Shown: in pieces, positions 63,253-64,000 of the stretch
How the letters are laid out: each line of letters opens with the position of its first letter
Position numbering within the stretch: the stretch's first letter is position 1
Assembly (NCBI GenBank): GCA_964473905.1
Contig: CAYYQY010000002.1
Coordinates: forward strand, 7,683-71,682
Reading direction: 5' to 3'
Source of the DNA: an uncultured Dehalococcoidales bacterium
Lineage (GTDB): Bacteria; Chloroflexota; Dehalococcoidia; Dehalococcoidales; CAYYQY01
DNA length: 64,000 nucleotides
Made by a program: the position numbers and the translations under genes
Notes under the pieces: generated by a model
What the model was told of the DNA's origin: nothing
Databases searched by the model: none
What the model saw: the letters and a program-made list of their open reading frames with translations, nothing else

Positions 63253-64000
63253 ATGACATGGATGAAGAGGTATGAATTGGCAAAGGTAGCACAAACGTCG
63301 CTGAACAGGTTGCGCTGCTACCAGCGTGAGATAGCCATGGCGATACTGGACAGTATCTTTGGCCGGAAGGGGCTGACCTTTTCCGTGGAGATAGCGCGGC
63401 AGGGAGGCAAGAATGAACTGTCCGCCCAGCTTGAACTGTTGCTGCTGACTCTCTATATGGCGGAGCCGGTAAATCTGGTAAAATGCTCACCGACCTTCAA
63501 GCCACAGACAGTAATCTCTATGCTGCGGCTGAAAGACAGGTTGAACGATGCCGGATTTAACGGCATATGGGCAAACGAGCTGGGTTACATAGTTCGTCTG
63601 GGGAATGCCCGAACGATATTCCTATCCGCCGACGAGACGGCTAGCGTGGTGGGTAATACTGCCCATGTTCTGCTGGAAGTGGATGAAGCGCAGGATGTGG
63701 GTAAGGAAAAATACACCAAGGAATTCAAGCCGATGGGGGCGACTACCAATACCACTACTGTACTGTACGGCACTACCTGGGACGATTCCACGTTGCTTGA
63801 GGAGGTAAAGCAGACCAATCTGGAAATGGAAAGAAAAGACGGTATTAAACGTCATTTCCGGTATGATTGGGAGGCAGTAGCCCGGGAAAATCCCTATTAC
63901 CGGGCTTATGTTGAGGCGGAAAAGGAGCGCCTGGGGGAGGACCATGCGCTATTCTTGACCCAGTATCGTTTACTGCCTATCCGGGGCGGCGGCGGCTTTT
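63253..64000 (+). CDS. Phage terminase large subunit, N-terminal ATPase part (the 3' end lies outside the window); not in the ORF track because no stop is reached
   Basis: My translation: MTWMKRYELAKV...SVEIARQGGKNELSAQ (Walker A-like)...AHVLLEVDEAQDV (Walker B)...TTVLYGTTWD...RHFRYDWEAVARENP...LFLTQYRLLPIRG. The frame is open to base 64000. Confidence 0.7.
   Translation, partial: MTWMKRYELAKVAQTSLNRLRCYQREIAMAILDSIFGRKGLTFSVEIARQGGKNELSAQLELLLLTLYMAEPVNLVKCSPTFKPQTVISMLRLKDRLNDAGFNGIWANELGYIVRLGNARTIFLSADETASVVGNTAHVLLEVDEAQDVGKEKYTKEFKPMGATTNTTTVLYGTTWDDSTLLEEVKQTNLEMERKDGIKRHFRYDWEAVARENPYYRAYVEAEKERLGEDHALFLTQYRLLPIRGGGGF

Noticed and set aside
1-64000. CRISPR arrays, IS elements/transposases, integrases, rRNA operons
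   Set aside because: I looked for regularly spaced direct repeats, terminal inverted repeats flanking DDE/serine/tyrosine recombinase-like ORFs, and rRNA signatures on both strands, and found none. The only mobile-element-like content is the terminase pair at the right edge.

Overview
This is a 64-kb chromosomal segment from a bacterium. It carries polA, mutM, gltX, lspA, a type-A RNase P RNA and tRNA-Gly. The gene content suggests an anaerobic Chloroflexota/Dehalococcoidia-like organism: archaeal-type split glutamate synthase, an NrpR homologue, HgdAB/Bcr-family enzymes, desulforedoxin, UPF0182 and a bacterial HerA-NurA pair. That placement is inference only.

About 60 genes are supported and coding density is high. 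I found no rRNA, CRISPR array, transposase or integrase.

Main blocks, in order:
- (1) A partial cysteine desulfurase with DUF3343, and a PrpE-like CoA ligase.
- (2) A tightly coupled nitrogen operon: ferredoxin, hisH, flavoprotein, a headless GltB1 fragment, hisF, gltB2, gltB3, then glnA. It is followed by a 26-codon nadE stump and a 1227-aa NrpR-KaiC-like-PPDK_N fusion protein.
- (3) yloV/degV, a 40-aa desulforedoxin missing from the ORF track, and a three-gene 2-hydroxyacyl-CoA dehydratase/benzoyl-CoA reductase-family cluster with a tandem paralogue pair and no activase.
- (4) A minus-strand operon of twin GT2-like genes plus a radical-SAM/SPASM gene.
- (5) tRNA-Gly(CCC) with an AT-rich orphan patch, then MarR with an MMPL exporter.
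- (6) UPF0182, a GAF/winged-helix regulator, a cyclophilin, a GH3-like protein, a 7TM-GAF-GGDEF-HD-GYP protein with a NarL-type response regulator, and rnpB.
- (7) Housekeeping genes: polA, mutM, gltX, rluD, lspA, a dksA-like gene, a CoA-transferase, ispH, plsC, and a lacD/pfkB-like pair.
- (8) A seven-gene co-directional array: Zn-ribbon, NurA, a transglutaminase-like lipoprotein, an orphan, HerA, MauE-like and patatin.
- (9) Phage-type small and large terminase genes running off the right edge.

The most unusual items are the NrpR fusion, the hisH/hisF-interleaved and partly deleted GOGAT operon with its palindromic operator, and the expanded HerA-NurA array.

All functional calls rest on reading motifs by eye. 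No database search was possible.
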